Below are positions 18,458 through 28,195 of a stretch of DNA of 64,000 nucleotides, piece after piece. The notes under the pieces were generated by a model that did not search any database, was not told the DNA's origin, and was given only the letters and a program-made list of their open reading frames with translations. How positions within the stretch are numbered: position 1 is the first letter of the stretch; the number at the start of each line of letters is the position of its first letter. Origin of the DNA: an uncultured virus (IMG/VR IMGVR_UViG_2558860259_000003) (Duplodnaviria; Heunggongvirae; Uroviricota; Caudoviricetes); IMG/VR virus record IMGVR_UViG_2558860259_000003. One strand, written 5' to 3'. Position numbers and translations under genes: made by a program.

Positions 18458-19138
18458 CTAAACTGGTTTAATTTGATAAAAAACCACCCCTAGAATCTTG
18501 TAACCATCTCCCATTTTCAAAAATCTCATGTCGCTAGGGTGATCTGGATTAATTGATTTAAGGAACTCCTTGTTATCAATCAATTGGTACTGTTTTAATG
18601 AAGCTTCATCTTTTGTTGGTGATAAAGCTATGACAAACAATCCATTGGAAATGTCTGATGCATCAAAATTGAAATTCACGAAAATAATATCGCCTGGTTC
18701 AAATTTCGGCAGCATTGTTTCCCCTGTGATCTTTAATGCAAATGTTAATGGATCACACTTTATTGGGCATGCAAGCATCTCCTTTCCCACCAAAGAGGCA
18801 GCAGGAATATTTGGTGCATTAACAGCATCATCCCAGTTTATAAGCGGCACCATCCTCACTTCTTTTACACTTGCGCTGTGCAAAGCGGCCTGAGCTGAAG
18901 GCTCAACTGGCCCACGGTTATTAATAAGCCACTCAGGGGAGCATTTAAGGACTTGGATCACAGCCAAGAGCACCTTGTCTTTCATGCTTTCCTGGCTACC
19001 GTTTTCAATGTTGCTGATCGTTACGCGCGTAAGCTTTCGCTCGCCCTGGAGCAAGCGATTGATCTCTTTTACAGCATCCTCTTGAGTCAGTCCAAGCTGC
19101 TCACGTCGCCATCTAAAGCGTTCACCTAATGTTTTCAT
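18458..19138 (-). CDS. cI: CI-like repressor (HTH + S24 autopeptidase-like domain)
   Basis: TLGERFRWRREQLGLTQED..ISNIENG HTH; VPLINW, FALKITGETMLP..GDIIFV, SLKQY. Confidence 0.88.
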   Translation of the reverse strand: MKTLGERFRWRREQLGLTQEDAVKEINRLLQGERKLTRVTISNIENGSQESMKDKVLLAVIQVLKCSPEWLINNRGPVEPSAQAALHSASVKEVRMVPLINWDDAVNAPNIPAASLVGKEMLACPIKCDPLTFALKITGETMLPKFEPGDIIFVNFNFDASDISNGLFVIALSPTKDEASLKQYQLIDNKEFLKSINPDHPSDMRFLKMGDGYKILGVVFYQIKPV

Positions 19139-19186
19139 GCAACCACGATACGGAAAACTAACGTTAGTTTCATGACGTCAATTTTC

Positions 19187-19215
19187 TTGCTATAAAATGT
19201 AGAATAACTTACATT
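19187..19215 (+). promoter_or_regulatory. pR promoter with overlapping operator
   Basis: TTGCTA-17 bp-TACATT; operator ATGTAGAATAACTTACAT matches the pL copies. Confidence 0.72.
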
Positions 19216-19233
19216 TCGAGTTTGGAGGTGCCT

Positions 19234-19473
19234 ATGACCAAAACAGGCAGAACGCTGTATCAAATCCTTAAAGACAAGTATGGGAGTGACAGTGAGATCG
19301 CGAAGGCGTTCAGTGTTGAACGGCCAACAGTGTTCACCTGGCGCAAAACTACGCCGGAAAAAATCGCTCTTCTTTGCCATATCTCTCCCGAGATCCCGTA
19401 CACATACAACCCGGCCGAGTATGGCCGTAACCAAGAAAACTTGAGCCTGGTTCTAACCAAGCCAGCTCGTTAG
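19234..19473 (+). CDS. cro: Cro-like repressor
   Basis: Divergent from cI; GSDSEIAKAFSVERPTVFTW HTH; GGAGG RBS. Confidence 0.75.
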   Translation: MTKTGRTLYQILKDKYGSDSEIAKAFSVERPTVFTWRKTTPEKIALLCHISPEIPYTYNPAEYGRNQENLSLVLTKPAR

Positions 19474-19492
19474 CAGTAACAAGGACTGACCA

Positions 19493-19852
19493 ATGACCAC
19501 AATTTATCAACCAGGCGAAGGATCGGCAGGGGCTGCGGTAGCGTCTGGCGTCCGAAAGGATCTGCTATCGCGCAAGAAAGTGGGTAAGCACGGTTTGCCG
19601 TTCCACATCGTGCGTGATGACCAGATAAAAACCCGCTGGACGGAAAGCGAGGCGGTGGCCATCAAGATCACCGCCGATGCCATGGCGTCAAACCCCGCAG
19701 TAGAAACCAACGTGGCTGCGATCCGGGGATTTCTGGCGATGTTTGCCGAAGCCCCTGAAATGCTGGTTCACGTCCACAACGAACTGAAAGTCGCCAAGTT
19801 ACCAGCGCCCGAGTGGCTTCCAGCTCTCCCACACAAGGATCTGCAACCATGA
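19493..19852 (+). CDS. Hypothetical regulator in CII position
   Basis: Position between cro and replication genes; start within the AGGACTGACCAATGA motif; function inferred from synteny only. Confidence 0.55.
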   Translation: MTTIYQPGEGSAGAAVASGVRKDLLSRKKVGKHGLPFHIVRDDQIKTRWTESEAVAIKITADAMASNPAVETNVAAIRGFLAMFAEAPEMLVHVHNELKVAKLPAPEWLPALPHKDLQP

Positions 19853-20034
19853 AGCAACAAGACAGCAAAACGCAATCCGTTGATCTGATATCCAGACTTG
19901 TCGGTAAGAAGTTGGGTATTGCCGGGCATGAGGCCCGGCGTTTGGCAATCACAGGGACTCTGGCAGGGGTAACGCAGGCGTACTTCTCTCGTGATAGTGA
20001 CAAGAATGGGGCGCCTGCTTCGGGGTCGCAGTAA
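19849..20034 (+). CDS. Small hypothetical protein
   Basis: Coupled on both sides (ATGA, TAATG). Confidence 0.5.
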   Translation: MKQQDSKTQSVDLISRLVGKKLGIAGHEARRLAITGTLAGVTQAYFSRDSDKNGAPASGSQ

Positions 20035-21092
20035 TGGCTATTGTGAGAACGAATCGCCAGTTCGGCTTTACGCTGATAGACAACCAGGCGATCGGCAACA
20101 AGGCGCTCAGTTGGGCCGCTGAAGGGCTGCTGCATTACCTGCTATCCAAGCCGGACGGATGGACGGTTAACCCGTCACACCTGTGGCAGGAGAAGAAGGG
20201 CGTTCGTGGCTGCGGGCGTGATGCAGTTTACAAGCTGCTGAACGAACTGATCGAAGTGGGATTTATTCACCGTTTCCAGTTGCGTGATGCCAAAGGTGCG
20301 ACCGAAGGATTCGATTATTACGTTTACGATGCGCCTCAGCCACCTCCTGAAAATCAGGAAATGGAGCAACCGCAGGCACCGCAAGGCGTAGAGCCGAATC
20401 CTGAAAATCAGGATGTGGATGAACAATCGTATCCTGAAAATCCGTATCCTGAAAATCAGGACATTAGTAAATACGGATCTCGATCTAACACTGATCTCTC
20501 TTCTCTGGGCGATGAGCAAAAATTGGACGATGCACCACCGCCTCAAAACCCTCACGGCAATGCCATTTTGGATAACCGACCACCAGCAGCGCAACCATCG
20601 CCACAAGTTGGCATGTTCCCGATGTCACTCGACTGGAAGCCAGGGGAGGATTTCGCTGGTGTTGCCCACCTGTCGGGCCTCATCGATGCCGAGTTTCTTC
20701 CGGAGCAACTGAACGAGTTTCGGATCTACTGGCAACCAACAGGCCGGGTTTACTTCCACAGCCAGTGGCAGCAGAAATTTATCCAGTCACTGAAACATCA
20801 AAAATCACGAGGGCAACGCTATGAGCAACCGGGGCGGGCCGAAGCCAATAACGGCGGCGGTAATGCAACGGATCGCTTCCAGCAGGGACTCGCCGCGATC
20901 CAGGCCGTACAGGAGAAATACGGCTACGGCGGCAGAACAGGAGGCGATTCGGGAGATTGTTTTGACGGTGATTTTGCCCATGTATCCGATCCACTGGCCG
21001 GCATGGGTGAGTCGAATGAATACGGCGGTACTGGCGGAGGTATTTGGGACGGAGCTAACGCGGGTTCTGGTGCAGGAGGCTATCAACCCTGA
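20034..21092 (+). CDS. Replication initiator (N-terminal wHTH, DnaT-like C-terminal domain)
   Basis: FTLIDN..LSWAAEGLLHYLLSKPDGW; FPMSLDWKP..LNEFRIYW..QWQQKF; internal iterons. Confidence 0.8.
   Translation: MAIVRTNRQFGFTLIDNQAIGNKALSWAAEGLLHYLLSKPDGWTVNPSHLWQEKKGVRGCGRDAVYKLLNELIEVGFIHRFQLRDAKGATEGFDYYVYDAPQPPPENQEMEQPQAPQGVEPNPENQDVDEQSYPENPYPENQDISKYGSRSNTDLSSLGDEQKLDDAPPPQNPHGNAILDNRPPAAQPSPQVGMFPMSLDWKPGEDFAGVAHLSGLIDAEFLPEQLNEFRIYWQPTGRVYFHSQWQQKFIQSLKHQKSRGQRYEQPGRAEANNGGGNATDRFQQGLAAIQAVQEKYGYGGRTGGDSGDCFDGDFAHVSDPLAGMGESNEYGGTGGGIWDGANAGSGAGGYQP
20345..20461 (+). repeat. Four iterons, probable phage replication origin
   Basis: TCCTGAAAATCAGGA at 20345, 20399, 20447 and variant TCCTGAAAATCCGTA at 20432. 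Confidence 0.8.
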
Positions 21093-21579
21093 GCAGTTAA
21101 ACCATGCCATCCGTGCGGCGCCAGGGCGAAAGTTTTATCCGTTCCCAGCACCACCAGACTGGTTGGCAATGGCGAAAGAACTTATCGATGCTCGGCTACC
21201 AACGGTCGATGCGGTGATGGCAGAGTTTGAAGGTTACAGCGCCAGGCGGTCAGACTACGCCAGCCCTGAAGAGTACGAATGGCAATTGCCGGTGATGTAC
21301 TGGATTGTAACCGACATGCGCGAGGCGATGCTGCAGTACAACCACGGTACTGCCGAGTTGCGGAAAGTGGCCGATCGGCTGTTGCGGCAATGGGAAAAGA
21401 AACTACATAACGGGGAGGCGATACCTGAACCAGTGATGAGGATCGGATACACAGAAACACCGAAAGACGCTGGAAACGAGCGGGGATTGACCACCCTCGA
21501 ATCAGAAAAAAAAGGCGCTGAATTCCTGCTGAAAATCCGGCAACGAGTCGCGCAAAGCAAAGTAAGGACTGACCAATGA
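20821..21579 (+). CDS. Replication protein P-like helicase loader
   Basis: [32 protein letters not shown] as in lambda P-like proteins; follows the initiator. Confidence 0.7.
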   Translation: MSNRGGPKPITAAVMQRIASSRDSPRSRPYRRNTATAAEQEAIREIVLTVILPMYPIHWPAWVSRMNTAVLAEVFGTELTRVLVQEAINPEQLNHAIRAAPGRKFYPFPAPPDWLAMAKELIDARLPTVDAVMAEFEGYSARRSDYASPEEYEWQLPVMYWIVTDMREAMLQYNHGTAELRKVADRLLRQWEKKLHNGEAIPEPVMRIGYTETPKDAGNERGLTTLESEKKGAEFLLKIRQRVAQSKVRTDQ

Positions 21580-22715
21580 TTAATTTCAAAAACGCACTGA
21601 TTTACCGCCTGTCTGGCGGTATTGATCTCAGTAAGTTGGAAGAGCAACTGGCCGTGTTCGCATTCACGCCATGCGGTAGCCAGGATATGGCGAAAGCCGG
21701 TTGGATTCCGCCACTGGGGGAGGTGCTGACGCATACCGCTAACGGGATGACACTGCTGGTGGTACAGCGGGAAGAGAAGATCTTGCCCGCCGCCGTAATC
21801 AAGAAAGAGCTGGACGGCAAAGTCGCCAAACTGGAAGCCGAACAACATCGTAGACTGAAAAAAACTGAGAAGGACTCACTGAAAGACGAGGTGATCCAAA
21901 CACTGATACCGCGTGCCTTCAGTCGGTACCATAAAACACAAATCTGGATTAACGAAGGGGCTGGGTTAATCATCGTTGACACCGCCAGCGCCAAACGTGC
22001 CGAAGATGCGTTGGCATTCCTGCGTAAAACCCTGGGCTCACTGCCTGTGGTACCGCTGGCAATGGAAAGCCCCGTCGAGATGACGCTGACCAATTGGGTA
22101 CGTTCCAGCCATGCTCCTACCTGGTTCAAACTGCAGGATGAGGCGGAACTGAAAGCCGTGCTGGAAGAGGGCGGGATCATTCGTTGCAAACACCAGGATC
22201 TGTGTGGCGATGAGATAGGCATGAATATTAGAGCCGGGAAGCTGGTCACTAAGCTGGCGCTGGAATGGCGCGAGCGGATCAGCTTTGTGCTGACCGATTC
22301 ATGCAGCCTGAAAAAGCTGGAATTCAGCAGCCAGTTACTCGATCAAAACGATGATATCGACCGTGATGATTATGCCGCGCGGTTTGATGCTGACTTTGTG
22401 CTGATGACTGGGGAACTGGCGGCGCTGATCGCATACTTGATCGAGGTACTTGGCGGTGAGATGGAGCATGGTACCGATGCGAAAGAAACTGTTGTTGATA
22501 GTGCCGATGATACCGAGCAGGACGATCTCTATCCTAAGGCGGTTGAGTTTGTTCAGCGGGTAGGGCGCGCCTCCATTTCAGGTGTACAGCGTGAGTTCCG
22601 TATCGGCTACAACCGGGCCGCCCGCATCATTGAGCAAATGGAATATGGCGGCGTTGTCTCCGCTCCTGCCCATGATGGTAGCCGCACAGTTCTGAGCGGC
22701 GGAGGTGCTCAATGA
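21576..22715 (+). CDS. rdgC: RdgC recombination-associated protein with C-terminal FtsK-gamma domain
   Basis: [31 protein letters not shown]-terminal [36 protein letters not shown]. Confidence 0.92.
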   Translation: MINFKNALIYRLSGGIDLSKLEEQLAVFAFTPCGSQDMAKAGWIPPLGEVLTHTANGMTLLVVQREEKILPAAVIKKELDGKVAKLEAEQHRRLKKTEKDSLKDEVIQTLIPRAFSRYHKTQIWINEGAGLIIVDTASAKRAEDALAFLRKTLGSLPVVPLAMESPVEMTLTNWVRSSHAPTWFKLQDEAELKAVLEEGGIIRCKHQDLCGDEIGMNIRAGKLVTKLALEWRERISFVLTDSCSLKKLEFSSQLLDQNDDIDRDDYAARFDADFVLMTGELAALIAYLIEVLGGEMEHGTDAKETVVDSADDTEQDDLYPKAVEFVQRVGRASISGVQREFRIGYNRAARIIEQMEYGGVVSAPAHDGSRTVLSGGGAQ

Positions 22716-22957
22716 TCCAGAAGCATCCAGTCACAGAGCAAGAACGGCAATGTATCAACGACGGGATCCACAAACTGCGGCAGGTCGGTAAGTTCGACGG
22801 GGCCAACACGCAAGCGGCAATCAGCGCGCGGCTGCGTGAAGTGTCTGCTGTCCGTCATGGCGTACTCAAGCAGGTCTGCACTGTGCACCACGAAGAAACC
22901 GGGAAAACGACCTGGTTCTATCGGCTGGTGCCTTCTCAGGCGGAGGTGCGGGCATGA
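22712..22957 (+). CDS. Small hypothetical (wHTH-like) protein
   Basis: Coupled ORF with [20 protein letters not shown]. Confidence 0.55.
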   Translation: MIQKHPVTEQERQCINDGIHKLRQVGKFDGANTQAAISARLREVSAVRHGVLKQVCTVHHEETGKTTWFYRLVPSQAEVRA

Positions 22958-24348
22958 TCTATCAACTCAATGTTGGTCGCTGCGAGGAAGTGCTACGTGG
23001 TATGGCTGAAAATTCCGTTGATGCCATTGTGACCGATCCGCCGTATGGCTTGAGCTTCATGGGTAAAAAATGGGATTACCAGGTACCAACTGTTGACCAG
23101 TGGGCCGAGTGCCTTCGCGTCTTAAAGCCGGGTGGCCACTTGTTGGCGTTCGGCGGATCACGCACCTATCACCGGCTCGTCGTTAATGTTGAGGATGCTG
23201 GCTTTGAAATCCGGGATCAACTGATGTGGATTTACGGCAGCGGCTTCCCTAAGTCGAAAAACCTTACTGACGAGCATGCTGGGAAAGGTACCGCGTTGAA
23301 ACCTGCGCATGAGCCGATCGTCATGGCCCGAAAGCCACTCATCGGAACCGTAGAGGGGAATGTTTCCCAATTCGGCACTGGTGCCCTGAATATCGATTTG
23401 TGTCGTATACCGACAGGGGAAGCGCTAACTGGCGGTGCTGGTGGCTTGCTTTCCCATGCTCGTGACGGAAAAGCGTCTGACGCTGAGGAATGGCAGCCCG
23501 CTCAACTAGGCCGCTGGCCAGCAAACGTTATGCATGATGGAAGTGAGGAAGTTGTTTCCGAGTTTCCACGAAATGCAGGAGCACAAGCGCCTGTCCGTGG
23601 TACTGAACCCACGCATAACGGGTTCAGTGGCGCGGTTAAATTTGGCGGAATGATTAATCGTATTGCCAGCCATCATCACGGCGACCAGGGCAGCGCAGCC
23701 CGGTTTTTTTACTGTGCAAAGGTCAGCCGTAAAGAGCGCGACGAAGGTATGGAACGCTTTGTCCCTACCTCTGCAAGCGAAATGACCGGGGGCCGAAAAG
23801 AAGGTAGTGCTGGGCTCAATAACCCGCGTGCTGGTGCAGGACGTACCGGGGGAGTCAAAAACAACCATGAAACTGTGAAGCCAGTCGATCTCATGCGCTA
23901 TCTGTGCCGCCTCGTGACACCAGCAGGCGGCGTGGTACTGGATCCATTCATGGGTTCCGGCAGCACGGGTAAAGCGGCGCTGCTCGATGGATTTGGGTTT
24001 ATTGGGATCGAGGAAAACCCGGATCACCTGGTCACCTCAGCAGCACGGATTGGGTATTCGTTGAAAGTGCTCAGTGAATCCCCTGAACCTGATGAGGTTC
24101 ATCAGCTTGTAGAACAACAAACTGAACCACAAATTATTCCTGAAAATATTCCAGACACAACAAATACCGTTTGGCCTCAAGAGGTTCATTTCCTTTTTGA
24201 CCAGGTAAAAGGTGCCAGCGAATTGCCCGTAAACCTGCAACAGAAACTGCGGTTCCACATCAACCGCTTGAAACTCGAATCACAGCCTGAAGCTGCCATC
24301 ATCGAAGCAGCCACAACACTGGCCACAGCAATGGGAGCAACAGCATGA
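22954..24348 (+). CDS. DNA N4/N6 methyltransferase (beta class)
   Basis: VTDPPY near the N-terminus; HETVKP and VLDPFMGSGSTG near the C-terminus. Confidence 0.92.
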   Translation: MIYQLNVGRCEEVLRGMAENSVDAIVTDPPYGLSFMGKKWDYQVPTVDQWAECLRVLKPGGHLLAFGGSRTYHRLVVNVEDAGFEIRDQLMWIYGSGFPKSKNLTDEHAGKGTALKPAHEPIVMARKPLIGTVEGNVSQFGTGALNIDLCRIPTGEALTGGAGGLLSHARDGKASDAEEWQPAQLGRWPANVMHDGSEEVVSEFPRNAGAQAPVRGTEPTHNGFSGAVKFGGMINRIASHHHGDQGSAARFFYCAKVSRKERDEGMERFVPTSASEMTGGRKEGSAGLNNPRAGAGRTGGVKNNHETVKPVDLMRYLCRLVTPAGGVVLDPFMGSGSTGKAALLDGFGFIGIEENPDHLVTSAARIGYSLKVLSESPEPDEVHQLVEQQTEPQIIPENIPDTTNTVWPQEVHFLFDQVKGASELPVNLQQKLRFHINRLKLESQPEAAIIEAATTLATAMGATA

Positions 24349-26327
24349 AGCGCGAGATTATTGTCGATAACTTTGCTGGTGGCGGCGGTGCGAGTACCGG
24401 GATCGAGATGGCGATTGGTCGTAGTGTGGACATTGCCATCAACCACGACGAGCACGCGATCGCGATGCACGAGACGAATCACCCGGACACATTGCATTAT
24501 TGCGAGTCGGTTTTTGACATTGATCCTGAGGTGGCTACCGCCGGGCAGCCAGTGGGCCTGGCGTGGTTTAGCCCTGATTGTCGGCATTTTTCCAAGGCCA
24601 AAGGCAGCAAGCCAGTCAAAAAGGAGATCCGAGGACTTGCCTGGATCGTCATTTGCTGGGCTCTGAAAGTCCGACCGCGTGTGATGATGCTGGAAAACGT
24701 CGAAGAGTTTAAAACCTGGGGGCCGTTGATTGCTGACGCCGAAGGCAATGAACGCCCATGTCCGGCGCGCAGCGGGGAAACATTCGCTGCTTTCGTGGGG
24801 ATGCTGACCAGTGGCGTTGAGGTAGATCACCCTGCGTTGGTTGAATGCTGTGAAGTGCTGGGGATCGGCGCTGGTAGCGATGAGCAGCGCCGCCTGATTG
24901 CCGGGCTGGGGTATGACTTAGACTATCGTGAACTTCGTGCTTGCGACTACGGCGCCCCAACAATTCGCAAAAGGTTCTTCATGGTCATGCGCTGTGATCA
25001 ACAGGCTATCGTCTGGCCGGAACAAACGCACGGCGACCCGAAATCGCTGGATGTGCAGAGTGGTCACCGTAAGCCATGGCGTACAGCTGCTGAATGCATT
25101 GATTGGTCAATTCCGTGCCCGAGTATCTTCGAGCGTAAGCGACCGCTTGCTGAAAATACGATGAAGCGCATTGCGCGGGGGATTGAACGGTTTGTTATCA
25201 ATAGCCCGACGCCATTTATCGTTAAGTGCAATCACACCAGCACTAAGACGACATACGACTGTTTTCGCGGGCAGCCGTTGGACGAACCTTTGCAGACGAT
25301 CACCAAGACCCATGGCTATGCCCTGGTATCACCGCATATCACTAAATTCCGTACCGGGGCCACCGGCCAGGAATGTGATGAGCCGATCTCAACCATAACG
25401 GCGGGCAGTTCCGAACGGCCAGGTGGTAACGGTCATGCTCTGGGCATGGTAGAGGCAACATTAGCACCGTTCATTGCCGGTGCTGGTGGCCCGAAATATT
25501 CAGCTAAGCCGCGGTCTGCTGAGCAACCAATGCATACGTTGTGTATCACAAACCATGCCTGTCTTGTTGCGCCCGTTATTGCACGTATCGGGCAGACAGG
25601 CTTTGGTGGCGATCGCATGGCCTATGAAGCCGGTAAGCCACTGACTACTGTCACAACGAAAGCCGAGCACTTGGTTGTGGCTCCTGTGATAGCGCGTCAG
25701 TTTGGCAATAGCGTCGGGCATGCAGTCGGTGAGCCAAACGGCACAATCACTGCTGGCGGTGGTGGTAAAAGCCAACTGGTATCGGCGTTCCTGGCAAAAC
25801 ATTTCGGTGGCAATTATACCGGCCCCGGCGCGGATCTGGCGGAACCTGCCCACACAGTGACGACTGTCGATCACCATGCTCTGGTTACGTCCAATCTCAT
25901 CAAGATGCGCGGTACCAATACCGGGCAAGAGGTTACCGATCCACTCCAAACCGTTACTGCCGGCGGAAATCACTTCGGTGAGGTGAGAGCGTTTCTGCTG
26001 AAATATTACGGCACAAACATCGGCCACCCTGCTGATGATCCGTTGCAGACAGTCACCACCAAGCATCGTTTTGGCTTGGTTACGGTTGAAGGCATCGATT
26101 ACCAGATAGTTGATATCGGTATGCGCATGCTGCAACCGCATGAACTCTATGCCGCGCAAGGCTTCCCAAGTTGGTACGTGATTGACCAAAACTACCGAGG
26201 AGAAAAGTACGCCAAAGACAAACAAGTGGCCCGCTGCGGCAACGCCGTACCGCCACCATTCGCCGAGGCGTTAGTACGCGCAAATCTGCCAGAAATGTGC
26301 AAAGCGCGCGAGGAGGTGGCCGCATGA
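24345..26327 (+). CDS. DNA cytosine-C5 methyltransferase
   Basis: DNFAGGGG, FSPDCRHFS, LENVEEF, GAPTIRKR, RCGNAVPP. Confidence 0.92.
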   Translation: MKREIIVDNFAGGGGASTGIEMAIGRSVDIAINHDEHAIAMHETNHPDTLHYCESVFDIDPEVATAGQPVGLAWFSPDCRHFSKAKGSKPVKKEIRGLAWIVICWALKVRPRVMMLENVEEFKTWGPLIADAEGNERPCPARSGETFAAFVGMLTSGVEVDHPALVECCEVLGIGAGSDEQRRLIAGLGYDLDYRELRACDYGAPTIRKRFFMVMRCDQQAIVWPEQTHGDPKSLDVQSGHRKPWRTAAECIDWSIPCPSIFERKRPLAENTMKRIARGIERFVINSPTPFIVKCNHTSTKTTYDCFRGQPLDEPLQTITKTHGYALVSPHITKFRTGATGQECDEPISTITAGSSERPGGNGHALGMVEATLAPFIAGAGGPKYSAKPRSAEQPMHTLCITNHACLVAPVIARIGQTGFGGDRMAYEAGKPLTTVTTKAEHLVVAPVIARQFGNSVGHAVGEPNGTITAGGGGKSQLVSAFLAKHFGGNYTGPGADLAEPAHTVTTVDHHALVTSNLIKMRGTNTGQEVTDPLQTVTAGGNHFGEVRAFLLKYYGTNIGHPADDPLQTVTTKHRFGLVTVEGIDYQIVDIGMRMLQPHELYAAQGFPSWYVIDQNYRGEKYAKDKQVARCGNAVPPPFAEALVRANLPEMCKAREEVAA

Positions 26328-26995
26328 CAGCCGCGCCGCGAACTAAGTCCCTGCGTAAACAGAAAACCGAAGCGCTTGGTGTTCTGCTGCCGGGCGGCGG
26401 CATCAAGTACGCGACTGATCATGATAGAAATGTAATGAAGGGGATGCCGGTAGGCACCCCCATCTCAATGAGTCCGATCGGTGATCGTAGGAATCTAAAA
26501 CACCACCGCAAGTTCTGGAAGCTTATAGAACTGGGCATGGATTATTGGGAGCCGGAATGGGCATTTGTCAGCGATTCAGAAAGATGGATCGCAATAGAGG
26601 CAGCAAATAAAACTGCAAAAATGATGGCGGAAATGGCTGGCGATCCGTCCCTGTATGAAAACGTCACAAAGCAGATAGCTGACAGGAGCGCAGAAGAAAC
26701 ACTTAACAGGATGGCTACCAGGCGAAAATCACGCTTTGATGCTGAGTTAATAAAAACCGAAGAAGCATACCTGAACCGCGTGATGATCAAGGCTGGCTTC
26801 TATGACCTGATCCCTAATCCTGATGGCGGCACGCTGAAACAACGTTGGAGCATCGCGTTTGCCAACATGGATCAGGGCAAGTTTGACGCAGTTTACCGAG
26901 GCGTAGCCGGTGTCATCTGGAACGAAACCCTGCAGCAGCATTTTGCCGACGAGCACGAGATGGAACAGGCAGTAAACCGGCTGATGGAATATTGA
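26324..26995 (+). CDS. DUF1367-family protein
   Basis: RNLKHHRKFWKL, SIAFANMDQGKF; nin-region position. Confidence 0.75.
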   Translation: MTAAPRTKSLRKQKTEALGVLLPGGGIKYATDHDRNVMKGMPVGTPISMSPIGDRRNLKHHRKFWKLIELGMDYWEPEWAFVSDSERWIAIEAANKTAKMMAEMAGDPSLYENVTKQIADRSAEETLNRMATRRKSRFDAELIKTEEAYLNRVMIKAGFYDLIPNPDGGTLKQRWSIAFANMDQGKFDAVYRGVAGVIWNETLQQHFADEHEMEQAVNRLMEY

Positions 26996-27005
26996 GGACT
27001 GACCA

Positions 27006-27431
27006 ATGACCGACCAAACCAATGACGAAGGCCAGATCGACAACATTCTGGCGTTTACCAAGCGGTTCGACAGTAATGCCGACATCCGCGAAATGAGGAA
27101 CTTTGTAGAGGATAAGCCTAAGGATGGCCGCCGCTGCCGTCACGACAAAGTATTGGTTTCAGAGCACGAACGTAAAGTGACGTGCCGCGTTTGCGGTGCC
27201 GTGTTGGAGGCGTTCGATCACCTGCTGGCGCTGGCTAAGGGGGAGACAAAGATTGAATGGGAACTTAAAACCCTGCGTATGGAGATCACTGCGCACAGGG
27301 AAGGGCTGGAGAAGCTGAAACGTGAAGAGGTGAACACAAGAGCACGGATCAAAACTGCTCAGTTCAAGCTAAACGACCTGAATATGGCGATCGACGCCGC
27401 AGAAAAGGTGAAGGCAGGCAAGAATGGCTAA
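27006..27431 (+). CDS. Hypothetical zinc-ribbon/coiled-coil protein
   Basis: CRH..CRVCG; start within the shared 15-mer. Confidence 0.7.
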   Translation: MTDQTNDEGQIDNILAFTKRFDSNADIREMRNFVEDKPKDGRRCRHDKVLVSEHERKVTCRVCGAVLEAFDHLLALAKGETKIEWELKTLRMEITAHREGLEKLKREEVNTRARIKTAQFKLNDLNMAIDAAEKVKAGKNG

Positions 27432-27756
27432 ATCACCCGCTTACCGCAGCAAGATTCTGTGCGATTCAGCGCGTGGCCGCTGCTGCACGCTACTGATCCC
27501 CGGCATCTGCAACGGTAACCCGGAAACGACGGTGCTGTGCCACCTGCCGAGCATTACCCATGGCATGAGTTACAAAAGCGATGATTACTTTGCAGTGTTC
27601 GGTTGCTCGAGCTGCCATGACGTTATTGATGGCCGGGTGCCGTATGACTGGCGGCCAGGCGAAAAGGAGGAAACCTATCTGCAGGCGCTGCATGCCACTT
27701 ACCGGCAATGGCTGGAAGATGACGTGATGATGGTCAAAGGAGGGCGCTTTGCTTAA
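27424..27756 (+). CDS. DUF1364-family putative nuclease
   Basis: SARGRCCTLLIPGICNGNPETTVLCH..GCSSCHDVIDGR. Confidence 0.85.
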   Translation: MAKSPAYRSKILCDSARGRCCTLLIPGICNGNPETTVLCHLPSITHGMSYKSDDYFAVFGCSSCHDVIDGRVPYDWRPGEKEETYLQALHATYRQWLEDDVMMVKGGRFA

Positions 27757-28192
27757 TAGCATTGATGCCATCGGCTACGTAGGCACAAAAGCCAAGCTGG
27801 AGGTGCGCGGTGGCAAGGTTAAGAAGATCAGGCACGAGCCGGAGCTGGAAGAGCAGGCCGCGCTGATCAAGTGGGCAGATAAAACCGTTATAGATGGTAT
27901 CAAGATCGGTGAATACCTGATCCACATTCCCAACGAAGGAAGGCGCGGGCCTAAGGCTGCCAGGGATGCAAAACGGCTGGGGTTACGCGCAGGAGTATCA
28001 GATTTGTTCTTGGCATTGCCGCGAGGGGGCTATGCCGGACTTTGGTTAGAGATGAAGGCGATCGATGGGAAGCCAACAGCAGAACAGGTGTCATGGCTGA
28101 ACAAGATGATAGGTTCAGGCTACGCAGCCATTCTGTGCTATGGTTTCGTCCAAGCAAAAGAGCGAATTATGGCTTATGTGAATCAGGACTGA
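27749..28192 (+). CDS. VRR-NUC domain nuclease
   Basis: HIPNEG..GLRAGVSDL..LWLEMKA..GKPTAEQ. Confidence 0.85.
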   Translation: MLNSIDAIGYVGTKAKLEVRGGKVKKIRHEPELEEQAALIKWADKTVIDGIKIGEYLIHIPNEGRRGPKAARDAKRLGLRAGVSDLFLALPRGGYAGLWLEMKAIDGKPTAEQVSWLNKMIGSGYAAILCYGFVQAKERIMAYVNQD

Positions 28193-28195
28193 CCA

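Noticed and set aside
21182..26406. Long antisense ORFs (21255..21848, 21602..22249, 24186..24830, 25500..26225) and similar shadows elsewhere
   Set aside because: They lie opposite well-supported genes and are typical codon-bias shadows without motifs
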